DNA of 64,000 nucleotides from an uncultured delta proteobacterium. Its GTDB lineage: Bacteria; Desulfobacterota; Binatia; HRBIN30. The position numbers were made by a program, and so were the translations under genes. The stretch is from the NCBI GenBank assembly GCA_963729835.1, contig CAVSQF010000039.1, forward strand, positions 514,801 to 578,800, read 5' to 3'. Below are positions 30,189-39,205 of this stretch, piece by piece (the stretch's first letter is position 1; every line of letters begins with the position of its first letter). The notes under the pieces were generated by a model that was not told the DNA's origin, made no database searches, and saw only the letters and a list, made by a program, of their open reading frames with translations.

Positions 30189-31451
30189 ATGGAACACAGA
30201 GGCTCAATGGCGTTTCCTTGGCGGCGTGTTCCGTTCGAACACGCGTGCTCGGACACGACGGGCGGTCAGATGAAGGTCCAGAAGCGCGACTATCTCACCG
30301 ACGGCCCTCTGCCGGTAGTCGACCAAGGGCAACAACCTGTCGCAGGATACACGGATGCATTGGATGCAGCCTATCGCGGCCCACTGCCTGTTGTGCTTTT
30401 TGGAGATCACACACGCGTGTTCAAGTACGTGGATTTCCCGTTCGCGCTCGGAGCGGATGGAGTGAAAGTACTCGTCGCGAAGCATCCTTTCCATCCCAAG
30501 TTTCTTTGGTTCTACTTCCGGTCCCTGCAGATCCCGAGCCGCGGGTACAGCCGCCATTTCAAATTCTTGGGCGAGTTTGCGGTGCCGCTTGTGGCTCCAT
30601 CCGAGCAGCGGCGCATCGTGGAGATCCTCGACCAGGCCGAGGCGCTGCGGAAGCTGCGCGCCGCGGCCGACGCCAAGGCCGAGCGCATCCTGCCCGCGCT
30701 CTTCTACAAAATGTTCGGCGACCCGGCGACGAACCCGATGGTGTGGCCAATCTCGAAGCTTGGCGACCCCGACATTACATTGGAGTTCCGCTACGGAACA
30801 TCGAGCAAGTGTGAGCCCGAACCGCAGGGATTGCCCGTCTTGAGAATACCGAACGTGTTGAAGGGGGAGATCGACTTGGCTGATCTGAAGTATGCAGATC
30901 TATCGGGAGCTGAAGTCGAGCGCCTGCTCTTGGCGCGAGGGGATCTGCTCTTCGTGAGGACGAACGGAAACCGGGAGTATGTGGGCCGCTGCGCGGTCTT
31001 TGATCTTCCCAAGCCTTTCTTGTTCGCTTCCTACCTTATCCGCGCACGGCTGAACGCCTCGAAGGTTGACCCTTGGTACGTGGCCGCGTTTCTTCGGAGC
31101 CCGGTGGGCCGCCAGCATATGTCACCGGTGATTCGAACCACGGCCGGTCAGTCGAACATCAGCGTCGAAGGACTGAGCAACATCGAGATACTTGTGCCCC
31201 CAATTGAACATCAGCATCGATTTCGGTCGCTGACCCAGGAACTGCTTAGACTTCGGCGCCAACGTGAGTCCGCAGCGGCAGCACTACAGACCGCGTTCGA
31301 AACGCTGCTTCATCGTACATTCTCCGGCGACCTGACGGCCAAGTGGCGCGAGGCGCACATGCAGGAGCTGCTGGCGGAGATGGAGGGGCAGGCGAAGGCT
31401 CTAGCCGGAGCAAATCCCGACACGGCTGTCGAGCGCGGGGCTCTCGTATGA
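30189..31451 (+). CDS. hsdS: Type I R-M specificity subunit HsdS (two target-recognition domains, intact)
   Basis: 420 aa with two TRDs separated by a conserved central region and a C-terminal coiled-coil repeat (LRKLRAAADAKAERILPALFYKMFG ... LLRLRRQRESAAAALQTAFETLLHRTF). Confidence 0.8.
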   Translation: MEHRGSMAFPWRRVPFEHACSDTTGGQMKVQKRDYLTDGPLPVVDQGQQPVAGYTDALDAAYRGPLPVVLFGDHTRVFKYVDFPFALGADGVKVLVAKHPFHPKFLWFYFRSLQIPSRGYSRHFKFLGEFAVPLVAPSEQRRIVEILDQAEALRKLRAAADAKAERILPALFYKMFGDPATNPMVWPISKLGDPDITLEFRYGTSSKCEPEPQGLPVLRIPNVLKGEIDLADLKYADLSGAEVERLLLARGDLLFVRTNGNREYVGRCAVFDLPKPFLFASYLIRARLNASKVDPWYVAAFLRSPVGRQHMSPVIRTTAGQSNISVEGLSNIEILVPPIEHQHRFRSLTQELLRLRRQRESAAAALQTAFETLLHRTFSGDLTAKWREAHMQELLAEMEGQAKALAGANPDTAVERGALV

Positions 31452-33109
31452 TTACCGCGCTCCGCATCGGCAACTTCAAGGCCTTCGCCGAACCGCAAAC
31501 GGTTCCGATCAAACCCCTCACGCTCATCTTCGGCGCCAACAGCGCAGGTAAGTCGAGCATCATCCATGGGCTGTTGCTCGCACACGAAGCGAACCGCACG
31601 GGCAATCTCAACGTGCTGCGGACCGAGCTGGGAGGTGACTCGGTCGACCTCGGAGGGTTCCGCCAGTATACGCACCGGCATCAGGACTGGCAGCCGGTAC
31701 ACTGGGGCGTCGAGATGCAGGTGGCCGCCTTGAGTGGTCGCCTCGCCGAGTTGCTCACGCCGGCTAGGACGGTTGCGCTCCAGTTGCTCATCGGCGTGCG
31801 AGAGAGTTCGTGGGAAGTGCCAGAGGTTGTGGAGACGCTTGCCTATGACCTGGTCGTTGACGAGGTCAGCCTCCTCCGCGCCAGCCGGCGGAAGATTGAA
31901 GACTTCATGCAGCCGACCGAAGACATGCGGCTTGACCGGATAGACCATCACCATGCGGTTATCGAAAGGATTCTGGGCGCCATCGTTGAAACCAGTACGA
32001 CGGCAACCAAAATCTCTGCTTCTGATCTGGAGAGCGTCGCAGAAGCCGTCGACGCTTTGGTCCCTGCGTTGAGTGTCACGGGAAAGGGTCTGCTTCCTAA
32101 CCGCGTAACCGTTGAGGCAACATCGCCGGGAGACGAGAGTCGGACTTTGTTTCCGGTGGGCAAGGGGAGCCGGCACGAGGATCTGGCCGCAGCGGTCCGT
32201 TTTGTCCTCCCGCGCACGCTCAGTGAATTGATCGGCGGACTAAGCGAGGTGGCGCGCAGTGAATTGGGCCGGCTGCGCTATCTCGGCCCGTTGCGCTCTT
32301 ACCCGCCTCGGCACCTCGCATCGGACCAGTATCACGACCCGAACTGGCTTGCCGGCGGTGGGCACGCCTACGAGGTGCTGCGCACCAATGAGTCTGTGCG
32401 CTCCGCCGTAAACCGATGGCTGAGCGATCCCGAAAAACTCAGTACGCCGTATGAGGTGCGGGTCGAGCACCTTGTGACCGTCGACGATCTGGAGCTGGCC
32501 TATGCGAGGAGGGTTGAAAGCGAACGGGATGCACTCGCGGATGTCCTCGAAGTCCCCGAGGACGAGGCGGCCGATCTCTCGGAATGGAAGGAAGAGGAGG
32601 TGTCGTTCGATCACCTCCGAGAATTGGAGCACAGCGAAGCGCGGCTGCAGGTCTTGCACCTCGTCGACAAACGAACCGAAACACAGGTCACTCACCGTGA
32701 CGTGGGCATCGGCATCAGCCAGGTGTTGCCCGTGCTGGTAAGCGCGTACGGTTCCTCGGACCTGATCGTCGCCATCGAGCAACCTGAGATCCACCTGCAT
32801 CCCGCCCTTCAAGCCGAGCTTGCCGATGTCTTCATCGACTCCGCACTCGGGGAACGCAAGAACACCTTCCTCCTCGAAACGCACAGCGAGCACCTGATCC
32901 TCCGGGTGATGCGCCGGATGCGGGACACTGTTCGTGGCAAACGCGGTGATGCGCCGCCGGTGAGACCGGAGGACGTAGCCGTGCTGTTCGTCGAGCCCAC
33001 CACCAAGGGCTCAATCGTGCACGAACTGCGGCTGAAACCGGACGGCTCGCTGCTCGATCCGTGGCCCGGCGGCTTCTTCGAGGAAGGGTTCGGCGAGCTG
33101 TTCGGGTGA
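31448..33109 (+). CDS. ABC-type/SMC-like ATPase of the AAA_21 family with a DUF3696-like C-terminus
   Basis: Walker A FGANSAGKSS, the signature D-loop/Walker B DLIVAIEQPEIHLHP, H-loop LLETHSEHLI, and a C-terminal DPWPGGFFEEGF. The ATG overlaps the hsdS stop (ATGA), which implies translational coupling. Confidence 0.7.
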   Translation: MITALRIGNFKAFAEPQTVPIKPLTLIFGANSAGKSSIIHGLLLAHEANRTGNLNVLRTELGGDSVDLGGFRQYTHRHQDWQPVHWGVEMQVAALSGRLAELLTPARTVALQLLIGVRESSWEVPEVVETLAYDLVVDEVSLLRASRRKIEDFMQPTEDMRLDRIDHHHAVIERILGAIVETSTTATKISASDLESVAEAVDALVPALSVTGKGLLPNRVTVEATSPGDESRTLFPVGKGSRHEDLAAAVRFVLPRTLSELIGGLSEVARSELGRLRYLGPLRSYPPRHLASDQYHDPNWLAGGGHAYEVLRTNESVRSAVNRWLSDPEKLSTPYEVRVEHLVTVDDLELAYARRVESERDALADVLEVPEDEAADLSEWKEEEVSFDHLRELEHSEARLQVLHLVDKRTETQVTHRDVGIGISQVLPVLVSAYGSSDLIVAIEQPEIHLHPALQAELADVFIDSALGERKNTFLLETHSEHLILRVMRRMRDTVRGKRGDAPPVRPEDVAVLFVEPTTKGSIVHELRLKPDGSLLDPWPGGFFEEGFGELFG

Positions 33110-33116
33110 ACCTTGG

Positions 33117-34016
33117 ATGCTGCACCTCGTTTACTTTGCGCCCGAGAATCTGTCCGATCCCGTCGTTCTGAGTGATGCTGGCGCCGGTCTCCTGATCAGC
33201 GTGCTGCGCTCACTCCTCCAGAACTGCCTCCTGCTTGATTTCACCGACTACCGCTTTGACGACCGCGTCGCCGTGGAAGTGGAAACGCTGCCGCATGAGC
33301 TCAGAAAGATGGTCAAGGTGCTGCTCGCGCAGTTCAAGAAAGCAAATCGAATCATCCGGGCACTGAAGGACGACTACGCCGGCTCCACCGAATTGCACCT
33401 GGCAGCCGAGCAGGCGGCGCAACTCGGCCTGGAATTGGTGATCATCCGTGCCGACACCGAATGGGACCCGCAGGCGACCCGAGTGCCGCGGGCCTCGCTC
33501 ACCGGCTACCCGATGACGGACTTCGAAGCCGTTCGCTCACAAGGTGTTGCAGACCGGCATTACAGTGATGATGGGATACCGGCGACCCAGTTCATCGAAG
33601 TGTATATCGTTCCGTTCGTGCGATTCGCCGAACGGCTCGACCTCATCGATGGCTCACTGGGAGAGAACTACCGGGACGACTACGGGCATACCCTGGATTG
33701 CCTCTTCGCGGCGCTTGGCAGGTCATGCCACTGGAAGGAACGTGTGCAGGTCACGATCCACTGCTGCCGGGGTGCGGGTAACAAACCCGATCACGTGCGC
33801 GACACGGTGCTTGAGTTGACAAAGAAGCACGGGCTCGACGGTCATGCGCAGACCTATTTCTACGGCGACCCCGGCCAGCCGTTCAGGTTCAAGCACGACC
33901 GTTGCCTCGCATCTGAATTTGGGAGTCCTGAACATCGGCCGTGGCTTCGACTTCGTCCAGAAGGCGGACGGCAAGCTCAAGAATACAATCATCGGTTTCG
34001 GCGGACCAGACGCTGA
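33117..34016 (+). CDS. Hypothetical 299-aa protein, predicted partner of the upstream ATPase
   Basis: Intact ORF 8 nt after the ATPase stop. No recognisable motifs: no obvious TOPRIM E...DxD, HNH or HEPN Rx4-6H signatures were found. Confidence 0.4.
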   Translation: MLHLVYFAPENLSDPVVLSDAGAGLLISVLRSLLQNCLLLDFTDYRFDDRVAVEVETLPHELRKMVKVLLAQFKKANRIIRALKDDYAGSTELHLAAEQAAQLGLELVIIRADTEWDPQATRVPRASLTGYPMTDFEAVRSQGVADRHYSDDGIPATQFIEVYIVPFVRFAERLDLIDGSLGENYRDDYGHTLDCLFAALGRSCHWKERVQVTIHCCRGAGNKPDHVRDTVLELTKKHGLDGHAQTYFYGDPGQPFRFKHDRCLASEFGSPEHRPWLRLRPEGGRQAQEYNHRFRRTRR

Positions 34017-34137
34017 CACAATGCTCGCACCGTATGTCGCGATCAGGAGTTAGTGACGGTGCCGAGACCTCCACCCGCGCGGATTCGGATCTACCCCAAG
34101 CTGCTGGCGGGCTCCGCGGAGTAGAAGGTGACGCCGA

Positions 34138-34518
34138 GTGATCGGAAAGGCCGCCTGCAAGGCGCGGCGTGAGGGCACGCCGGCTCCAGAATTCGTGTTC
34201 TTTCTGGCGCCCAGCCTGCGTATTGCGGAACCTATACTCGCGTGTTACCCGCTGGGCTTCTCTGCGCGCGCGCAGCATGCGCTCTTCAACTTCATCGCTG
34301 CCGGCGCGGTGGCCATCACCGACTTTGGCGCCGCGGACGTCTCTCGTGCCGCGGCGCTGATGCAGCGCTTCGCCAATCTGCCGATGGATTTTGCGGATGC
34401 CACCCTGGTCGTCCTCGCCGAGCGCCTGCACGCGACCACCGTGTTCACACTCGACCGCCGCGACTTCACCGTCTACCGGGTCGGCCGGCGCACCCTTCGC
34501 CTACTCCCTAAAGGCTGA
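34138..34518 (+). CDS. PIN-like (VapC-family) protein with substituted first catalytic Asp
   Basis: C-terminal half matches VapC (MDFADATLVVLAERLHATTVFTLDRRDFTVYR). The N-terminal strand reads FFLAPSL instead of the canonical LDTS. Confidence 0.35.
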   Translation: MIGKAACKARREGTPAPEFVFFLAPSLRIAEPILACYPLGFSARAQHALFNFIAAGAVAITDFGAADVSRAAALMQRFANLPMDFADATLVVLAERLHATTVFTLDRRDFTVYRVGRRTLRLLPKG

Positions 34519-34542
34519 CCCAGGCCGTGTCGCCGTCGTGGC

Positions 34543-34950
34543 TCACGCGGGGCGCACCCGCTCGATCTTGAGCTTCGAGTGCCGTGCGAGGACATCGTAA
34601 TCGCGATCATTGTGCAGCAGCGACGCCCGCTCACGGATCGCCACGGCCGCGATCAAGCAGTCGATCAGCTTGCGCACCGTGTCCCCCTTGCGGCGACAGG
34701 TGCGATACAGCTCCGCCGCACCTTCGAAGTCGGGCAGCCCCCGGAGGCGCAGGCGCGGCAGGCCGAGTAGCAGGACACGCATGCGGGCGTGATCGGCGCC
34801 CGTCCTCGCGCCGGCGAGCACCTCCATGATCACCACCTCGGTCGTCGCGATCGGGGCACACGCTTGCAACAGGTGCCTGAGAGCCAGGTGCGTCGGGTGA
34901 CCGCTCTTGCGCAGGAACTCGATCCAGGCGGAGGTATCGACGAGAATCAT
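34543..34950 (-). CDS. vapC: Type II toxin VapC (PIN domain)
   Basis: MILVDTSAWIEFLR... is the canonical PIN N-terminus, and acidic residues are conserved. Confidence 0.85.
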   Translation of the reverse strand: MILVDTSAWIEFLRKSGHPTHLALRHLLQACAPIATTEVVIMEVLAGARTGADHARMRVLLLGLPRLRLRGLPDFEGAAELYRTCRRKGDTVRKLIDCLIAAVAIRERASLLHNDRDYDVLARHSKLKIERVRPA

Positions 34951-35246
34951 CGTCCGCCGCGCGCGCGCCGCAGCTCGGCCAGGTTCCCCTCCCAGCCAGC
35001 TCCCTCCAACTGCAACAGCTCCTCGTACAGGTCAATCTCCTTCAGGCGCCCCGTTCGCTTCGCCCACTCCTCGATCTCAGGCCAGTCCCACGCCGGTTGT
35101 CCGGACACCGTCCACCGTGGCAGCGGGAGCAACCCCCGTTGACGCCAGGTATGGACGGTCTGGGCCTTCACGCCCAAGCGGGAGGCGATCTCGGCAGCCC
35201 CGACGGGGATCGATTCCGGCACCGGCGCAGCCGCAGTAGAGGGCAT
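34947..35246 (-). CDS. vapB: Antitoxin with an N-terminal HTH (excisionase/AlpA-like); cognate VapB-type partner
   Basis: 99 aa. Has a 4-nt overlap with vapC and an HTH-like segment (AAEIASRLGVKAQTVHTWRQRG). Confidence 0.55.
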   Translation of the reverse strand: MPSTAAAPVPESIPVGAAEIASRLGVKAQTVHTWRQRGLLPLPRWTVSGQPAWDWPEIEEWAKRTGRLKEIDLYEELLQLEGAGWEGNLAELRRARGGR

Positions 35247-35300
35247 GCGTCTTGTGTAGCGCCCAGCGCTACAGGTGTCAAGGTGATTCTCGAATCGCCC

Positions 35301-36071
35301 CTACGGCGCGCCGGTTCCCGGACGGCGCAGCGCCTCGACTTTCGCAATCAGGTTGTGACAATCGCCGATGGAGCGGCCACTGATTCTCGCGCACGCCAAT
35401 TCGCGGTGCAGCGGCGCGGAGCCGGAAACCTGCCCATCAGCCGTAACCTCACCGATGCCCGGGACGAGCACCATCGCGCTGCTGAGCTCGATGATGCCTT
35501 CCGGCGTGTGCACGGAGCGTACGGTCCGGACGGAGACCGCAGCGCGGAAATCACCGAGGGCGGTATGCACCGCGGCGGCGGCACTGACACGGACAACCTG
35601 TGTTACCTGCACAGAGCCGGTGCGCTGATTGTCGCTGAGCCGCGTCACCTCCGCGGTCGCCGCGCCGTGGCGCTCACCGGGCACCAGCGGCATCTCCAGT
35701 TGCGACAAGGGTGGATCATAGCGCAAGCGCTCGCCCGGCCCGAAGTCCTCGCTGAGCAGCAGCAACGCATGACCGTCGTCACGGAAGTGCGTACGAGCAA
35801 CTGCCACGCCATCCTCACTTGTAGTGACCTCAAATTCTCCTTCCGGGCCCGCCGCCGTGACGCGCTCGACGTGGATGCCGGCATTCACGTCTCCGCTCTC
35901 GCCAGCCCGCCACCACAGGTACACCAGATGATCGCCATCGGCGTGCGGCACCAGCTCCTGCAACGAGGTTGCAAGCGGTTTCGGTCCTGCCAGCCGCAGC
36001 ATCGAGCAGGCGGTGACGCCGAGGAGGGCACACAGCCAGACGGCACGATGGCGGGAAGTCAGTGTCACCAT
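35301..36071 (-). CDS. Hypothetical lipoprotein
   Basis: Signal peptide with lipobox LLGVTAC. 256 aa with no recognised domain. Confidence 0.45.
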   Translation of the reverse strand: MVTLTSRHRAVWLCALLGVTACSMLRLAGPKPLATSLQELVPHADGDHLVYLWWRAGESGDVNAGIHVERVTAAGPEGEFEVTTSEDGVAVARTHFRDDGHALLLLSEDFGPGERLRYDPPLSQLEMPLVPGERHGAATAEVTRLSDNQRTGSVQVTQVVRVSAAAAVHTALGDFRAAVSVRTVRSVHTPEGIIELSSAMVLVPGIGEVTADGQVSGSAPLHRELACARISGRSIGDCHNLIAKVEALRRPGTGAP

Positions 36072-36126
36072 CGCCCCTATGAGTATGTGTCGATCTTGCG
36101 TAGATCGAGATACACCTGCTTCACGC

Positions 36127-38763
36127 TCACGTTTTCGTCCTTTCCTTTTCTGGCCGGGGTTTCTGCGCGCTGAATGGTTGGCGTGCGACAGTCTCTTCCG
36201 CAGGTCTGATCAGTCTACCCAGGTCGGCCCGGAGCTTGGCCGCGAAGTGAGCCACCAGGCTGGCATCAGCCATGGCCATGTCCAGTTGGCGGGTGTGTAT
36301 GATCAGGTGGCCTAGGGCTCGCACGCTCTCCAAGGCCTCGGCATCACTCAAGTGGTCCCGGCGCGCCCGTATGGCATCGGCACGGATGACCGCCGCGAAA
36401 CCCAACTCCTCCAGCAGTTCGGCCATGAGGTGAAGGCGGGTCTGCTTGCGGGCCATGTCGGCCCCGCCGCCTTGGAAGGCGAACAGCACAAAATCTTCCT
36501 CTGGGTCGGGACCGGCCAAGACTTCCACCGCAGCAAAGTGCGCTCCCAGCCGCGATTGCAAGTTCATGAAGTCGCGCCCCACCAGGAAGTAGTTGCCTTC
36601 TTCCCAACCGGCACGGGTCTCCAGTTCCGGCCGCATGGTGGACTGCACGATGACCGAAGTCAGCCCGGAGCCGGTGATCGGCGGCCCATCCCAGGGCACA
36701 GCCAGCATGCCCTCCCACAGGGCCAGCCATGGCCGACTGGCGATCTGCTCGACGCGCACATACTTGCCGCTCACCTCTTCCGTGAAGCCGCCGCCGATGT
36801 CGATGAGCCGCCACTGCATAGGTGCGTTGCAGTAGAGCCTCTTGGCTGCAGCGACCGGAAACTTCTTCCCGCCCAGGCTGAAGATCTCGCGCACCGCCTG
36901 CTCATGGCAGAAACGGGTTAGATCATGCAGGGTGCGACAACTCGCCACATTGAACTCTGGGGAAGATGGGTCCGGGAGGTTCAGCGGTACGGCCAATGCG
37001 ATGAGCTGCTCGAGGCTGCGCCGGATAGGGGTCTGCGGTGCCGGCGGCGCCGGCCGGGCTCTCAGCAGGCCCTCCACGCGGCCGGGATAGATAGCTCGGC
37101 GGTCCGCATCCACTGTGATCACCTTCCCTTGCCTCGAGCCGTTTCAAATCCGGCCCCACGTCCAGAAGCGCCGGCACCCTAAACTCTCGCGCCACGGTGG
37201 CTAAATGGCCCGCCAGCCCGCCGTGGCCCGCAACCAAGGCCTCAGCCCGGCTCAAGAGAGGGGCCCAACGTGGCAGCGGCCGCTCTACAACCAGCACCTG
37301 GCCGGCCTCGAAGAGCATGGCGTCACGCCCGGTACGCACCCAGTGCACCACCCCAGCGGCTGCCCCAGGTGCGGCCCCGAGCCCAGCGCTGATGATCGGA
37401 TCAGGCAGCCCCTCCACCAGCGGCTGGGCGGCCGCTGCAGCTTGACGGTGGAGCGGCCGACATTGCAGGTAAACCAGCTGCCCTCCCCTATCCAGTGCCC
37501 ACTCCAAGTCCTGCGGCCCCCCGAATGCCATCTCCACCTCTTTAGCACAGGCAGCTAGTTCCTTGGCCAGGTCATCGCTGAGCGGACTTGTGTTTCTTAG
37601 CCCCTTTGGTAGCTCAGCCGACAGCACCCCGCTGGAAGGGTCGCACTGGTAGTAGCGGTCCTGGCTGCCGGCGCGGCGCTGCAGGACTCCGCTTTCGGTG
37701 TCCACCACGATCTCCACGGCCTCTGCCGAGCCGTCCACCACGCCCTTGGGCAGGCCCCAGCAGGCGCTGATGTACACCCTGCCGTCGGCCGGGTCCAAGG
37801 GTGAGGCACTGTACACCACCCCTCCAGCTCGGGCCGGAAGCATCACCAGGCAGCCCGCTGCCATGGCTAGGTCCTGGTCTCTCAGACCATGGTGGCCATA
37901 GTAACTAAGGGCCTGCGGGCCGTAAGCGCTGGCAACGACCTCGCGATAGGCCTCGCACAGTGCGGCGGGCGTTACGTTCAACTCGGTGTGAAACTGACCG
38001 GCAAAGGAAGCCGCGCCCACGTCCTCTCCCAAAGCGCTGGAACGCACCGCAAGCTTCAACTCGGGACCGTGGCGCTGGAGCAGCCGTTGGCAGGCGGCCG
38101 CCATTTCCTGTTCCAACTCCGGGGGCAACTCGCCCTCGATGAAGAGCCGCTGCAAAGCGGAACAGGCGGCAAACAGCTCGTCGACCCCGCTCAGACTCTT
38201 GATCTGCAGCAGCCGGTTGATTTCGGCGCGCAGGTCGTTGTGCTCCACGAAGCGGGCGTAGGCCACGGTGGTGATCACGAACCCGTCGGGCACCGTCAGC
38301 CCCAGCCGGTTGCCCAGTTGTGCCAGTGTGGCCATCTTGGGGCCGGCCAGGTCATCAGCCCCTACGCCAAGCTCACCCAACTCAACCACAAGGGGCCGTG
38401 GGGCAACGGCCGCGCCCCGGCGACCTGCTCGTCCAGCTCCCGCTTCAGCGCCGTGAAGCGCTCCATCAGCGCGGTGTAGCGTCCCGGTGCTAGCTTCTGC
38501 AGTTCCTGGATCATGGCCAACACGCTCACCGCCATTTCGGTAGCCGCCGAACGCAGGCGCGCCATGGTGACGGGCTCCGGACTCTGCTGAGCCTCTTGGA
38601 GTTCGGCCATGATGGTCAACGCCCGGCTGTTGGCCTTGAGCAGGTTGCGGTAGCCCAGGAACCGCCCCGCGAGACGAGTGCGTAGCTCGGCCAGCACCGC
38701 CTGATCCTGCGCACCAGACCGGCCGCGGAACAGGGACTTGATCAGGGTGCCCCAGCCGCCCAT
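36127..38763 (-). pseudogene. Swivel-histidine dikinase-like protein (N-helical + PPDK_N/ATP-grasp + PEP-utilizers mobile His + novel C-terminal domain), paralog A; two frameshifts
   Basis: ORFs 38362..38763 (helical N-terminal domain, homologous to the paralog B N-terminus), 36923..38389 (PPDK_N-like domain and swivel motif GGLAGHLATVAREFRVPAL) and 36127..37122 (C-terminal domain) are collinear with the intact paralog B. Lesions lie near 38375 and 37123 (EG/KVITVDADRR). Confidence 0.6.
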
Positions 38764-38790
38764 CGGGTACCTCCGGCCCCGGGGCCGAGC

Positions 38791-39183
38791 TTAGGAGGGG
38801 ACCCGGCGCATTAGCTGTGCGCGCTCCCGGGCGTCCCGGATGCGCTCGATCAAGTCGTCCAACTTGACCGGCTTGATCAGGTAATCAAAGGCCCCCAACT
38901 CCACCCCCTCTACGCCGGATCCCACCGAGGCGTGGCCGGTGAGGAGGATCACCTCCACATTGGGGTCGCGGTCCTTGATGGCCTTGAGGGTCACGATGCC
39001 GTCCATGTCTGGCATCTTCACGTCGAGCACTACCACCTCAGCTGGGTTTTCGGCCAACATCTTCAAGGCATCCATGCCGCTGGTAGCCCCGTGGGCATCC
39101 AGCCCCCGACGTTGAAGCCGCCGCACCAGCGACTCCAGAAAGTCGCGCTCGTCGTCCACGATTAGCACTTTGCACTGGCTCAT
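38791..39183 (-). CDS. Stand-alone response-regulator receiver domain (CheY-like)
   Basis: 130 aa with VLIVDDE...D...LDVKMPDMDG...K, the canonical REC residues. Confidence 0.9.
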   Translation of the reverse strand: MSQCKVLIVDDERDFLESLVRRLQRRGLDAHGATSGMDALKMLAENPAEVVVLDVKMPDMDGIVTLKAIKDRDPNVEVILLTGHASVGSGVEGVELGAFDYLIKPVKLDDLIERIRDARERAQLMRRVPS

Positions 39184-39205
39184 TGCTGTTCTCCTTCCGT
39201 CCCCA

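Noticed and set aside
33117-34016. Calling the 299-aa partner a PARIS AriB (DUF4435) or OLD-type TOPRIM nuclease because of size and pairing with an AAA_21 ATPase
   Set aside because: I could not find the expected TOPRIM acidic motifs (VEG…DxD) by eye. Left as unknown pending HMM search.
33889-34431. 180-aa minus-strand ORF overlapping the 3' end of the 299-aa gene
   Set aside because: Arg-rich antisense frame overlapping a better coding frame, so likely spurious.
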